This document shows positions 39,820 to 53,119 of a stretch of DNA of 64,000 nucleotides, one piece after another (the stretch's first letter is position 1; the number at the start of each line of letters is the position of its first letter). The notes below the pieces were generated by a model. It searched no databases, was not told the DNA's origin, and saw nothing but the letters and a program-made list of their open reading frames with translations. The stretch spans positions 496,001 through 560,000 of the forward strand of contig OZ004610.1 of assembly GCA_963924565.1 (NCBI GenBank), written 5' to 3'. This stretch comes from Ascidiella aspersa. Lineage: Eukaryota. The position numbers and the translations under genes are program-made.

Positions 39820-42800
39820 TTTACCAACTTATAGTGTGCAATATCTTGTTAAACTACGCATGTGTAAATATAACGGTTTAATCGACCTATAATATTAAGG
39901 AATGTCCCATAACCGAAAGTCAACAACGTGTTACATCAAGGCGAGAATATCTCTTAATTTTGTGTCGCGTAACGTATCTTTCTCTTTAAAACGTAAAGAA
40001 ATAAAATATTTGTTAGTTTCAACCTACGCAATTAAAACTTCCCTAAAATTGCTGCACTAATGTGACAAAGGTTAAATATCCTTTCAACACAAAACCATAG
40101 CTAACATCATGTTCAAAACCATAGCAATAACAATATAACTATGTATATATATTTATTCCAATTTTGTTTGTTTCTTTATTATTCACTTCTGACTGCATGG
40201 GCGTAGCCAGCCGAAAACTTTTAAAGGGTGGCCAAAAGTTTGAACTTTTTTGTTCAGTTTTTATCATCGTATTAACTGCCGTAACAAACACAAATAACAA
40301 TGCTAGCAACTAAGTGTTAACGCAATACTCAAAAACCATTCAAAGAGCAAAAACTGTCTAAAAGTAGTGAAACTACATTAATGTATTGCAATGACAATTG
40401 AAGGTACGGCATGCCTGTGATCGACTGTTGTAGCATTGCTCATAAATGCTACAAAACAAATTATTAAGGGTACAATATTTATAAATTTTAAGGGTGGATG
40501 GCGAATTCAGCCTTCTGCTTTACACAATTTAAAAAACCTAGCCTAACCCTAAAATTAAACCCAAGTCTTAATGGTTTTTATAGCAAACAGTAATGCTAAA
40601 CAACTTATTATTTACGTTCTGCAGCATTTTCATAATTATAATCTTAATTTAACTAGAACTAGCTTAGCGCTAGCAATCTGTCAGACAGCAATCGCTCCCG
40701 TGGATGCGGCACACACCACGTTTTCCTCGACGGGCCGATCAGAGCGGGTAACTTAATCACGTGATTATTGCCTTAAGAAAAGTTTTTGTGGAATCATCTC
40801 GTCACAAAACGAAAATACTAACCTTAAACTGCCCACATGTTTAAAGCAACTTGATGTTGTTGCCTAAAAATCCACATGAATGTTCTAACGGTACAACTAA
40901 TGTGTGATAACTCGATTCTGTCCATTTAAATATCACTTCGAGTTCTCCTTAATGTTTAGTCATAATTCATACAGAGTTAGTCAATTTTTGCGCCCCCCTT
41001 GTAAACTTCACACGCCCCCCCGGTTTAAGAACCACTGGACTAGAGTCTGCAGCCAACGTTTCCTCCCATTATATTATTGCTCACGTTCGACCTTATCCAA
41101 CTATTATGTGACTCGCGCACCAATCTATATGGTTTCAAGGTCAGAAAAGGTCTTTTATCAACGTTTTTTGTAATTAATGAGTTGATTTCCAGATGTAAAA
41201 ACAGCTTCCAAGCTGACTATAAATGTTATTTAAACAAGTACTCCGTACACTAACAGCAGAAAAAATCAAAATAAATTATTCTATGTTCTTTCAACGGGTC
41301 TAATTTGTCAGTATCCATATACTTCCAATGTTGTGTTATAGGTTTAGGTGCTTTAGCAGGCAAAAGCGGATGTGGCCCGAAATTGTTATTAGTTGGACAT
41401 GGTGCACTTTTACAAGATAGGTTGCCAGTGGTCTTTGTCGAAATTTTGCTGCAAGGCAAACCTATAACTTGTCTTTATAATTAAAAAATATTCAACATTT
41501 TTTTTACAGCTATCTACTACTTTCTAGCGGCAGAAAAACTTCAATACAGAGTTCGTTCATATTCGGTTGCTTCATTCAGCTCACGAAGCGACTGCATCCT
41601 GCTGCGCTTTACTGCCCCGCGCGTTCAACATTCGTTGTGCGAAGTGGCTCTCTAGCAAAAGTGGGCGCGTGCGACTAGCCCTTTGAAAGGAGGCTTGACT
41701 TAGTAAAATAACTTATTGCTCCTACGAAACCACATATTTTACCGCCGCAAAATTAAATGCAAGATCTGGAGGCAGGGAACGCCTCTGCTTGCAATCATAT
41801 TCTATCAATAAAATCACTTCAAATTTTAAATTTTTTGTTAATTATTATGAGTTGGAAGTCTAAATTTTGCTGTGAAATTTTATATGAGAAACAACTTTGG
41901 TCTCTTTAACAGCCGTAAATATTTCACGTTCCAACTCGTTTTTTATCCTTGTCAAAAGTGATCCACAAAAGAATTGACTGGAGAAAAAAAAATAATTCAG
42001 ACAAAAACAACGCGAGTCCCCCCCAAAATTTGGTTTAGCTGTTAGGTTTAGCAAGGAGACCTGTACAACATAATGCCCCAATGCGTGTTTCACATCCTCC
42101 TCCAGCATTTTGTATCTAAATCGCTAGTTTTGTCAGGAAGAAGTAAATTAACAATCGAAGGTACATAAAAGCTTTCCAGCGCTGAAAAAAATTGCCCTGA
42201 TACCCTGAAAAACATTTCAGTTTTATCAATATTGACTTTTCAACTAATTAATAATGTCATTCGGTATCAGATCGAACGACCTCAGCATAAAATATCGAAA
42301 GCGGAATAAATTACGGAGTATGGAACACCCCTAAAACGCGACACTCTATTTCAAATGTCGGAATGATACGTAAAAAAAATATTGGTAGCGATTTTTCCTG
42401 GAAACTCTTTGCTACTTTGGAAACTGTGAGACTACCAATAACATTTGCAAAGGCAATTTTCTGTATTTGCACGACGGTGATATGCGAAATATTCCTCGTT
42501 GTTTAAAGTCGTGAATTCTCCATGATAAAGTTGAAGATGTTGGTGAATTAAGTTAATAGAACAAAACTAAAATTCAAAACCAGTTCTGTTTCCCAGACAG
42601 TTTTAAACAGCCTTACTAGAGATGTGACCTGACTTGACTTGGACAAATAATGACTAGACTGGGACTTTAGTCATTTCAAAATGACCTGTTTGCAAAACTG
42701 CTAAATAATTGCTTGGTTTATCGCGACCAACCTGGCTTATTATGAGGGACTTCCTTCTAGAATGGCATAAATAATAAAAAACATTGTAATTTTAAACTAG

Positions 42801-43740
42801 GGCCATTTTTAATTTGACCTAACGAAATTGCTTATTTGTAGAGGCCACAGTTCTTCCTTGAATTGATGCCAGTTACCCAAACATAATATTTTGTCGATTT
42901 CAGAACCAAACGTAACATTTTGTCGAAAAGTCAAGGTGTTTTTTGGCGATAGATTTAGCTTGCTTAGGCATTTTTGTATCATAGAATGTCAGTAGGCTAT
43001 TCCTAAAATCCAAATTGTTGATCTTCGAAAAGACCACGTTTAAGAAGATAAAGTGTTTTATAAGAATTATTCAAATGCGTAACTATGAATAAAAAAATGG
43101 ACAATTTGTGATAAAAGTTACTGCTGATCCAAGTGGGCATTGTGATATTTTTTCTGCTTTTATGGGTTAATATGGTTTAATTGTGTCACAGTTCCTGATT
43201 TACAATGCTTTCACGACGATTTTTACAAAAATTACTCTCAAGAAACATTAAAAACTTTGTCAAAAGCCATAATTTGGCAAATTTTGACTTTATTAAAAAA
43301 TGTTAACTTTATTGTAAATTTTAACTTTATTTTGGCCTATAAACTTCTTATAAACAGTCCCCTAGGTGCTGAAAACAACTTAATTCTTTGATTCGTGGAC
43401 AGACGAGCTCCTTAAAAAAAAAAAATTTTGACTTTATTGACTTTTGCGGGCCCTACTGATAATAACACAATACCAAAATGTGAGTTAGTTTTACATTTAA
43501 CTGAGCAAAGAAATAAATTACAGTAATACATTTTCTCCGTCTTATTTAGGTTCCCGCATCAGACAAACTTCATGGTTATATTAATGTTTGTCAGTCACAG
43601 AGGATTAGTGTAGCTAAGCATCAACGACAATATCAACATGACTTTATATTTCAACGCGTATAAAAAGTGTTGACATTGGCAATTATAATTAAGTAACAAT
43701 TGTCATATTGTGGATTCTCACAAACTGGACGACTTCATAG

Positions 43741-44137
43741 CAGGGCTGCGGAATCGGTTAAAAATAAACCCGAGTCCGACTCCGGCCAAAAAAATAAACC
43801 CGAGTCCGACTCCGGCCAAAAAAATAAACCCGAGTCCGACTCCGGTCAAATGTGCGATTTCGTCGAGTCCCAAGTCCGGCCCGGACTCTACAGCCTGTAT
43901 ACCGCCAATTCACGTGACTAAAATAACGTGGATAATCAGCAATCTACTTAAAGGGGTGTAGCATAATTCATTCACTCACAATACATGTTTGGAAAATATT
44001 CCACCATATGCTATTCCACCTTCAAACTTTACAGTAGGCAGGCATATCAGTTTTAAAATTTGATACTGCGCACGTCCGACTCGGGACTCGGGTAGTTTTA
44101 CGTGGTCTTACTCGAGTCCCGAGTCTGACTCCGCAGT
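43741..44137 (-). mobile_element. GAGTCGGACTCGGG-family MITE, inverted relative to the 60311 copy, with an internal 30-bp triplication
   Basis: Begins CAGGGCTGCGGAATCGG, has three copies of AAAAATAAACCCGAGTCCGACTCCGG, and its interior is the reverse complement of 60311-60728. Ends ...GACTCCGCAG. Confidence 0.85.
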
Positions 44138-46079
44138 TACACATTAAACTTGTTGCAAGGGATGACTGCTGTAGTTTGCGGGATCAATGTAGTTGTTAAG
44201 GTTTATGTCTCTGTGTTTTGTTTCAGCGCATCATCCGAGATCTAAGCTATAGTAACTTGGTCAACACCTAAAACCCGAATTTACAATCACATGGAGCTAC
44301 ACAAATTATAGTCTAACTTCTACTAACTATATTGTAAAGGCGCAGCATAGTACAGTTAAATTACGTTAATTAAGCCCATTCGTGCCTTAATTTCCCAAGA
44401 AATACTTTAACAAGTCAAACATGCATAGCGCACAAAATATGTAAAAACCTACGCATTTTACAATACATGTGTACAGTGCCGTGTTTTTCCATTCTTTGCA
44501 TTAAAACGAAAACATTAGCATTCCGTTATCGTTTAGTGGGTTGAAAAGGTTAGTCGCTTTTATAAATTTTGAAATTGCGTTGATTAATATGCTTATAATG
44601 GTGATTTATTTCCCAAGAAATCATTTAACAAAAATGTAAAGCCCTATGCATTACACAAATGTGCAGTGCTGTGTTTTTCCATTCGTTGGCATTTAGAGTC
44701 ACTTCTCGGTAAAGTAAAGGCCTCACGATCCGACAGGCAGTGACGCAAACACATGGCAGACGCCGAATATGGAAACGCTGAGCTGATACAATGTACAGCG
44801 ATGATTGTGCACACTACATTTTATTTATAACGACCGGCTCAAAATACAAAATCACAAAGTATTACATTTGTGCAATAATCGATTAAATGCGTTGTGGATG
44901 TAATTGAAGATTCGTAATAATTAACTGCAAAATTGCTTTAAAACGGAACGCGATAATGGTTGCATTTTTTTTTAATTTTTCATAAACCATCGTTTATATA
45001 TACACAAACGACATAACTCACAAACGTTAAAAAATTGGTTGTTTGGATTTCAATAAGCTACGTTTATGACGATAAACTTTTACGTTTTAAGCCAGATTTG
45101 CTTAAAATAGGATTATTTAAATGTTATTGGAAGATATTAATATAAAAGCAGAATAAGACAAGAAAAGAAAACGGATTTAACGGTAAAGTAGGTTTTAATA
45201 AAAGTGGTAAAACACAATATTTAAAACATACACAATAATGTAAGTTGAAATACAATAAAACATCTGTTTTAGATTCAAACTGAGGGATAATTGTTTTAGA
45301 TTTAAAGACAATTTTCTGGCAACGGATTAAGGTATTTTAAAGTGTTTGGTTTCTATAAATTTAAAGATTTATTTAACAAAAGTTGTTGCAAGTTTCCTTA
45401 AATAACCCGCCTGTTCATTTCACCTGATAAACAGTTCCTTACTCAAGACTCATTTAAAAATGTAGAATGATTGGTTTAAAACAAGCATCAGACAATAAGA
45501 TGCATTTAAAAAATATTTAAATACTTAAATATGAGGATGATATTATAACTATTAATCGTGAAATCTTTCATATATGGAGCTATATAGTGAATACTTTTTT
45601 TTCCCTTTTTTTTTTTTTTTAAGTTTGTTTTAAAGATTTAGCTTTTTAATATTCAAACGTTTTATTATTAAATATACACGATAAGCATAAATACATAAAA
45701 AACACGCCTATTTTATGTAAAAGTATCGAAGACGAGCAATAGCATTAAAGCATAATGCCACAAGCAATGAAATATGTATTCGTAAAAATACATCAAATGC
45801 GGAAAAATCAAACCATACAGAGCCTGATGAATGAGAATTTGATTTGCACTATAAAATGCCACCCCTGCTGCAAAATATAACTCTGAATATTTGCCTATAA
45901 CAAGGTTTTCGGTTTTGTTAATTCATTTTGATAACACTGGTACGTTTGTGTGGACTAATATTACGATAAAAAACACTATTTTTGTGACTATAACAAACAC
46001 ATAAATTTAAAAATAAAAAACATAAAATTTGGGTATTTTAAAACGAATTTATTTTCATTGTCGGTAAATCTAGAGAGAG

Positions 46080-49000
46080 TTAAGTATTTGTAGACTGGGT
46101 TCTGGCATTTTGTGCCGCGTTGGGACGATTCGGCCCCACAGGAATGGGGGGTTGTGGGTGGTTTTGACAGCACTTCAGTTTCTTGACGATCACGCTGTTT
46201 CGGATGCAATAGACGATGAAGATTGCAATTCCCTGCAGCCCGTTGATTGACGTGTGGATGTACGTCAGCACAAGCGACGTCACTGCATTTCCGAGACCTG
46301 TCGCAACAATAAGGCGGCTGCTTATACAGGATGTTGCATTGTCGTTATGTGGGTGGTTTTTCCATAACACTATAAGCAACACTTATCACATATAAGCATG
46401 CAAAATCACTTACAAAAACAACTTAGGCTTTATTATTGCAATGTTTTAATGTGAAAATTACTTAATACAAACATGAAATAACCCTTTATACAAACATGCA
46501 AAATCACTTTGTAAAAAACGTAAAAATCACTTTTTACAATCGTGCAAAAACACTATGTACCTGTGAAGAATCCAAGACCCCAGCTCGATCCGAGAACCAG
46601 CATGACGAAAAAGAAGGAAGAAATGAACTTCTTTGCATTATCCATCTCTTCTCCTTGTCTCCGCTCCTCCCTTCCCCTGAATGGGAGCGCTGCATAAGCG
46701 GCAATGAGAGATGCCAAGAAGTTCACCAGCAGAACAATACCGAGCGGGGCAGTCACCGAGAGAATGTACACCAATGTACCGGGATCCAACCAGCATCTGG
46801 CGTATTTCAGCATTCCCTGTAAAGTGGAACATTATAAGTTTAAAGGCATAAAAATTGAACACCAGTTTATATTAATTCTGTGGTAAAATGTGGTAAATAC
46901 AGCTTCTGTTTTTGTACTCTCTCTTCCATTGTTTTTACCTGTTGATATTGGTGGCATTTTTCGTAGTGGGTGCTGGGCTTTATGTAGTCTCCCGAATACA
47001 GCAGACCGACGGCGAGCGACGAGCCAACTATCAGGGCTGGAACGAACCATCCAAGCGCCAAGAACGTTCTGTTTCTCTTCTCGGGGTCTTGGGTGCGAAA
47101 GCTTGCTGGAAACTTGAAGGCCATTATCATCCGGATTCCATCGAACATGAACCAGTTGCCTAGGAATATAAAGCGTTTTTGTGGATGTTTGATTTATAGG
47201 CTTTTTTTCAGAGAATATTTTTATACTTCATGCACATGACCAAACAGCAATTTAATTAAATCACGTTATTCTGTCACCGTAGATTATTCCGGGATTGGGA
47301 TTTTCACACAAGCATTAATTACCTGTAGCAAGAAGGAAGTAGTGAATGGCGGCCGTTAGAATGAGGCACATGGTGTCGTTGTTTACAGCGGCATCATGAA
47401 CCAGATTGGCCACATGCAACAATGTAAGGGCGATGGCGACGTTAAGCTGGATGAGAGTACGGTCGCTGTTGATCTCGCGTTTGTGAATGTTCAGGAGTAT
47501 GATGGTGGCGACGAGGAACGCGACCGAAATCGATTCGCAAACGTACGAGAAAATCTAGGCAAAGAAATTTTAAGAACATTTAATTAAACCAACCAAATAG
47601 TTATGTTTTTTATTGCCGACTTATCAATATAAGTTTTGAAGTTCACACACAACAACATATAAATGGCACCCTTTTACCTTGACGTCCTGTGTCGAATCGA
47701 CCATCTTTACGGAGAGAAGCACAGCAAACACGGTGTGGTGATCACATTCGCACAAGACCTGGCTCCCGTCCACTCTAGTGCGACAACCAGCGGTGGAGTA
47801 GGCTCCAGATGACTGCTCGATGAAAACACATGTGAGTTGAACCTTGTCCAGCGTGAGACCTGTCGAGGAAGTGTTGGAGGTTTCTCTGGAAACCTTCTCA
47901 CAAACCCTCTTGTCGCTCTCTTTATCTTGAGCGACGTTCCTCGACAGAGAGATGGAACCATTTAGTGTGGAGTTTGCTGTGACGTCGTAGCCCGAGACAC
48001 CGGTGAAAATCATTGGAGAAAGATCCACGAAGTGAGTTGTCGGGTCCTTGAGACTGCTGGAAGCGTTTTGTTGAAACCTGGATGTTGAAGTGTTGTAAAC
48101 ACTCACCTCAAATGCCACCACGACAACATTGGAGCCGTTTTCAGCCGGGAACGTGGAGTTGAAGGAAGTGGCGTTGGTCAACTGGATTAAACCGGTTTCA
48201 GCTTGACCACCGGTTGTATCCAAGGAGTTGATGAGAACCACGATTTTGTCGATGGTTTTGTGAATGGAAATATTGCCAGCCTCGGCCGCCACATTTACGA
48301 GATCGCTTTCCAACGACAGCAACTTGCCCGAACTCACTGAACCGTTGATTAAACCGTCAACCACGTGCTCAATCTTATCCTCAGTCGATGGTAAGCTTTC
48401 TGGAAATTCTGCGAAAAAAATACTTCTATAGAAAACTAACGCCGTTAAAATAGTAGGAATATTAATGTAGCGAAGCATTTTGTCTGTGAAATATAAATTC
48501 CACCCGTGAGTAGGAAAAGTGTTTTTTTTGATAAATGAGCCTATTTTGTAATTAATATGATAAAAATAAGTCTTAAGTTTCATTAAAACGCGGTGACGCA
48601 ACCAAAGCGGTGATATGTTTTTGCGGGGGAGTTGACATGTTGCTGTGAGTTATTGTTGTTGTTTTACCTGCAGCTGCAGAGTTGATGTAACAGGCCGCTT
48701 GTCTAACTTCTGATGGAAAATCATTGTGAAAGTTGGATATATAGACGATGGCGCAAGTGGCTGACTTTGTGGCACCAGCCGGTTCTTCCCGGTCCACTTG
48801 CCACGGCACGTCAGGATTGACCGATGACCCATCTGGCCACTTCAACAAACTCCTGTTGTAAGTCTAATCGCCGCCTTGGTAGGTTAGACCTGTTTAAATA
48901 CAAACAGCGTTGTTTGGTTTTATATATAATCTGTATGGGCTTTTGGTATTCTACCTTTAGTATTTTCTTTTTCTTTTTAGCTTTTATTTAGGTTTTGTCT

Positions 49001-50900
49001 TACTAATTTTATTGTCACTGCGTTCCACTCTAATAATGGCCTACTAACAATTTTCATGGCGTTGTAACTAATTGTTAGTTTGGTATTAATAACATTTTGA
49101 TCCTTTCGAGTTCATTTTCTACGTGGTCAGAAAACACTGAAAAACAATGAAACTCTCTCTGTATTCTAAACGTTCAAAGTGCTACCTACGTATAGGCTTG
49201 ATATACTTTTTATTGATTATAGCTTGGAATATAGAAGGAGACTCACCAATCCATACGTTACCTCCAAAGCACATGATCAAATTCACTTCATCTAATGTGT
49301 CAACCTTTGCCAGTTCAGCTTGTGAACCAAATCCCCTGCAGTTAGCTAGGCCAGCCGAATGGTTCGTGTGTTCATCTGTCTTCCAATAGAACTTCCTGGT
49401 GTCAGCTGGAACACCTGCAATATGAGATCAACATGTGGTAAATAACTTATCTTTCTCTGTAAGCTCCCAAAGTATTGACTTTCTGTCACGCAGAAGAGAA
49501 GTTTATAAGTAAAATAGCTTTTATTATTATCAGTTTCAGTACAGGACGTCATTTTACCTTTAAAATTTATTGAAAAAGTCGCGGTTTACTTTGCATACAT
49601 TTCATCACTAGCATTGCATGTTAATAAAGTGCTTCAATGATGGTAGTTACGGCAATGTATTGAAAGGTTTACTTCGGTTGTTACTCAAGATAACAAAGTA
49701 TTGGAAGGAGCAATCGTTCAGTAATATAAACAAACTAAGGTTTCTTTTATTACGATTATGATGCTTTTGCACACTGTACTAGGTTAATAACAAAAACGTA
49801 TATAGTGTTTCATCGCATGGGTTCTGTGCTATACGCACTTATTAATATAACGCTGCTTGTTTCAACGCTTTGAAATTTAAAATCTGAAACAAAAGCTACA
49901 TTTTGTCCATTGGACTAATGACGTCATTTGGTACTTGAAACGTTAAACAAAATAAACGAAATGTGCGGTTTTCGTGAAATGTTTAAACGATGTTTTATGT
50001 TTAACTTTATGACAACTGTGCGATAAATAGAAGTTAACCAACTCACCTGATTTGTTTAGTGCGTTGTGAAGATCTTCGTTGGAGAAGAGATTGAAGCAAT
50101 CTTGGACAAGCCCACTCTCACTTTCTGAACAAGAATTTGTCGCAGTTATTAGAGTAAGTAAAACCAAACAAACCACTGTTGAACGATAAAAACGCTCTTT
50201 AAAGCAGAAAGTTGATCTATATTTAGTCAAGAAACTGTTTTTAGGCTGTCAATTTTAGCATTTCACAACTATCATAAAAGGGTTTTTTTCTAAATTAACC
50301 CCTGGGTCTTTTTATCTGAGTCAGCCAAGAGTGAAGGGTTGATTTGCCAGATATACTTAACGCATTACATTTCTTGTTTAATTTTTTCATGTTTGGCCGG
50401 ATACACTTTTCTTGGTAAATATATTGTTTGGCGCCTTTGAAGCAAACATAGTTTGAACAACGAATAACTTTTGCAATTGGAGTGCCAAAATCTTTGTAAA
50501 AAATGTGTTGGTCGCGTCTTTTGCCAAAACAACTCTTAAAACTTACGATTGGTTTTGCATGTTTTCTTGTCGCGGAATTCCTTCACAATCGAAGTAAACC
50601 CCGCTTTTTTGACATTACTAAGCACCGCAGTCGAACATCTGATGTATTCATCGCACACCTTTCCACCACATGCATCTGCAAAGACCACATATAAGTTGTA
50701 TATTTAATATAGACTACTTATTGACCACTGTATACACTGTATAAAGCAGCATGTAACTGTAACCAACAAATATAAGTTGTATATTTAGTACCGTATTAAC
50801 AACTTATTAACTACTAAGTTATCTCACCTGCATTAACAGTGTAGCTCCCATAACAAAGAAACAGCGACAAACAAAATGCCAGTTTCCAAACCAGCTGCAT
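46080..50900 (-). CDS. Adhesion GPCR (signal peptide, C-type lectin domain, GAIN/GPS, secretin-like 7TM), 9 exons, one in-frame stop
   Basis: Exons 50900-50828 (signal MQLVWKLAFCLSLFLCYGSYTVNA), 50124-50047, 49414-49247 (...NVWIG), 48889-48668 (KWPDGS...W...EP...CAIV; TAG at 48864-48866), 48408-47678 (CVFIEQSSGAYSTAGC...CECDHHTVFAVLL), 47554-47323, 47159-46939 (LGWFVPAL), 46816-46561 (CWL...LGSSWGLG) and 46297-46080 (INGLQGIAIFIVYC). Phases are all consistent. Confidence 0.85.
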
Positions 50901-51291
50901 TTTTACGAATGCGCCTTATCTCTAAACACCAACTAGTTGCTATTTTTTCATCATAGAAAAAATAAATTTAAAATATAAAAAAATATTCCCTACTACTACA
51001 ATGTATGTACTGATAATACTGAGTTAAATGAATGTATGAAAGACACACACAAACATATGTGTTTAATAACATCTGTGATCTAGCCCCTCGGAAGTTGCTT
51101 TATGACCAACGATTACGGCTTCCGTATCAATAGTACACCGAAAAGCCATCGCAGACTCGCCGAATCTGTCGATCTATGATGCAAGCAGAGCAAGCCAGAA
51201 AAACAACTGGCCTGCAGTGAGGTTCGAACTCACGACCTCCGGTATGTGCAAGTATTGGCGCATGGTTGTTTCTCGACTCGCTCCTCTCTGA

Positions 51292-51366
51292 GCCTGCATA
51301 GCTCAGTTGGTAGAGCGACGGTCCCGGCTTGTCCGGAGGTCGTGAGTTCGAACCTCACTGCAGGCC
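51292..51366 (+). tRNA. tRNA-like gene (SINE head or pseudo-tRNA), non-canonical anticodon arm, copy 1
   Basis: Acceptor stem GCCTGCA/TGCAGGC, D arm GCTC-AGTTGGTA-GAGC (A box), T arm GTGAG-TTCGAAC-CTCAC (B box), and TTTTT a few nt downstream. The anticodon arm is 2 nt too long. Confidence 0.7.
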
Positions 51367-51639
51367 AGTTGTTTTTCTGGCTTGCTCTGCTTGCATCATA
51401 GATCGACAGATTCGGCGAGTCTGCGATGGCTTTTCGGTGTACTATTGATACGGAAGCCGTAATCGTTGGTCATAAAGCAACTTCCGAGGGGCTAGATCAC
51501 AGATGTTATTAAACACATATGTTTGTGTGTGTCTTTCATTGATTGATACGGACTGATGATCCCCCAGTGTGAAGTTGCTTGTACTAACAAAATGTGCAAG
51601 TATTGGCGCATGGTTGTTTCTCGACTCGCTCCTCTCTGA

Positions 51640-51714
51640 GCCTGCATAGCTCAGTTGGTAGAGCGACGGTCCCGGCTTGACCGGAGGTCGTGAGTTCGAA
51701 CCTCACTGCAGGCC
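51640..51714 (+). tRNA. tRNA-like gene, copy 2 (stem CGGT/ACCG closing the 9-nt loop CCCGGCTTG)
   Basis: Identical to copy 1 except for one base in the anticodon stem. Confidence 0.7.
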
Positions 51715-52908
51715 AGTTGTTTTTCTGGCTTGCTCTGCTTGCATCATAGATCGACAGATTCGGCGAGTCTGCGATGGCTTTTCGGTGTAGTATTAAATGA
51801 ATGTAGTTTTATATATAATCGGTAATGCTTTGTTTTATTTACGAAACATTTTTTATATTTAAACCTAATTACAATTCAATTTATTATTTATCTCAGCTGT
51901 ACGACAGGGATTCACATCTGCTTGTGATCTGTACGGAGGATAACCTTATCCTACAAATTAGGCTTAGGCTACAATCCAATAACTGACCTAAATATAAAAT
52001 CATGTTCCGAACGTCTAATGTGCGTCCGCACAGAAACACGGCGCTAATTTATCAAGAATAAATCGACAAATACACCGCAATCCAAACGTTGCGTCACGAC
52101 ATTTCTTGTAAAGGCTTAACCTGATAAAAACAACAGTAATTCGTTCGCTCACTGAAAATGTGTTTTAATATAGAGTGAGATAAATTGAATAGCTGAAACT
52201 AAAATTAATGAAAAACATGACGGCTGCAATTGAAACTTCTCTTGCAATTGTCATTGCAAACCCGAGTCCGACTTCAGATAATAAATCGACTTCGTTGGTG
52301 CCAGAGTCAGGCTCCATTACAGCTTGCAAGGACATCATTTCACTTGTAATAACTTTGTTGCTAGAAATTTGTCTTGCTTCAACTAAGAAATTATTTTTTA
52401 CATTAGAAGAAAATGAATTGTACCCAAGTATCTAAATACCCGTAAAAGCTTATTAGAATAAAATGATTTTGTCAAGCTAACTGCAAAACTAAATCCATGT
52501 GATATTTGTCTTTTTTATTAATTGCAAATTCGCCTCGAATTGATAATTACACATTGACAAGAAAGTTTATTTAAAAAAAAAAACTGTCAAAATTCTACAC
52601 GTTTTGTATTTACTGATTGGTGATTACCAAAAAAACGTTGATATTTGTCAAATCCATAAATGTATTTAGAAAAAAATATAAGTATAGATATATTTCAAAG
52701 TATAAATATGTTTCAAAACAAGTGCGGTTACCAGCGTTAATTAAGACGCGGCGCGAAATTCCATGTTGATTGCGATCAGCTGATCGAGGAAAGCGCCGCT
52801 GACTTTCTGGAAACGCCTTCACAAGGAAACTGGAGAGCTTCAAGTTGGACGTGGCGAGCAAGTTGTTGGTTTGGAGCAACTTTGTACGTTTTGTTTGTAT
52901 GATCTCGT

Positions 52909-53119
52909 TTATACGTCACTGGGGCGTACAACTATTACTAGTTAACAACTAGTGGCTGTCACGCGCGTCAATCTCGGCTGTGCGAGATAGGCTTTAGTTT
53001 TAACCTCTTTTGACGCAGGGAAACCGCTTGGGTCAAAGCAAGGTTCGGGCAGGGAACCTTGCTTGAACTTGGCGGTGCGACGTAGTTCTGGTGCCACGAG
53101 AAGGTTAGGGTGCGTTGTA
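52909..53119. repeat. Dispersed hairpin-rich repeat, copy 1 (possible non-autonomous Helitron end)
   Basis: Near-identical to 55541-55759. Contains ACTAGTGGCTGTCACGCGCGTCA and the stem AAGCAAGGTTC-N7-GAACCTTGCTT. Confidence 0.75.

Larger units (their letters stand above)
51037..51792. mobile_element. TSD-flanked insertion of a 348-bp tRNA-containing unit: an inverted 207-bp segment plus about 1.6 tandem units
   Basis: 13-bp direct repeat TTAAATGAATGTA at 51024-51036 and 51793-51805. 51036-51242 is the reverse complement of 51333-51539. The unit starts at 51244 and again at 51592. Confidence 0.85.

Noticed and set aside
49943-50230. Hydrophobic stretch VVCLVLLTLITATNS as the GPCR signal peptide
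   Set aside because: It lies in the polypyrimidine/branch region of an intron and has no ATG. A better ATG-led signal exon exists at 50900-50828.
51545-51605. Hammerhead ribozyme at CTGATGA
   Set aside because: There is no proper stem II, GAAG replaces GAAA, and there is no correctly placed UH cleavage site. Kept only as a structured-domain note.
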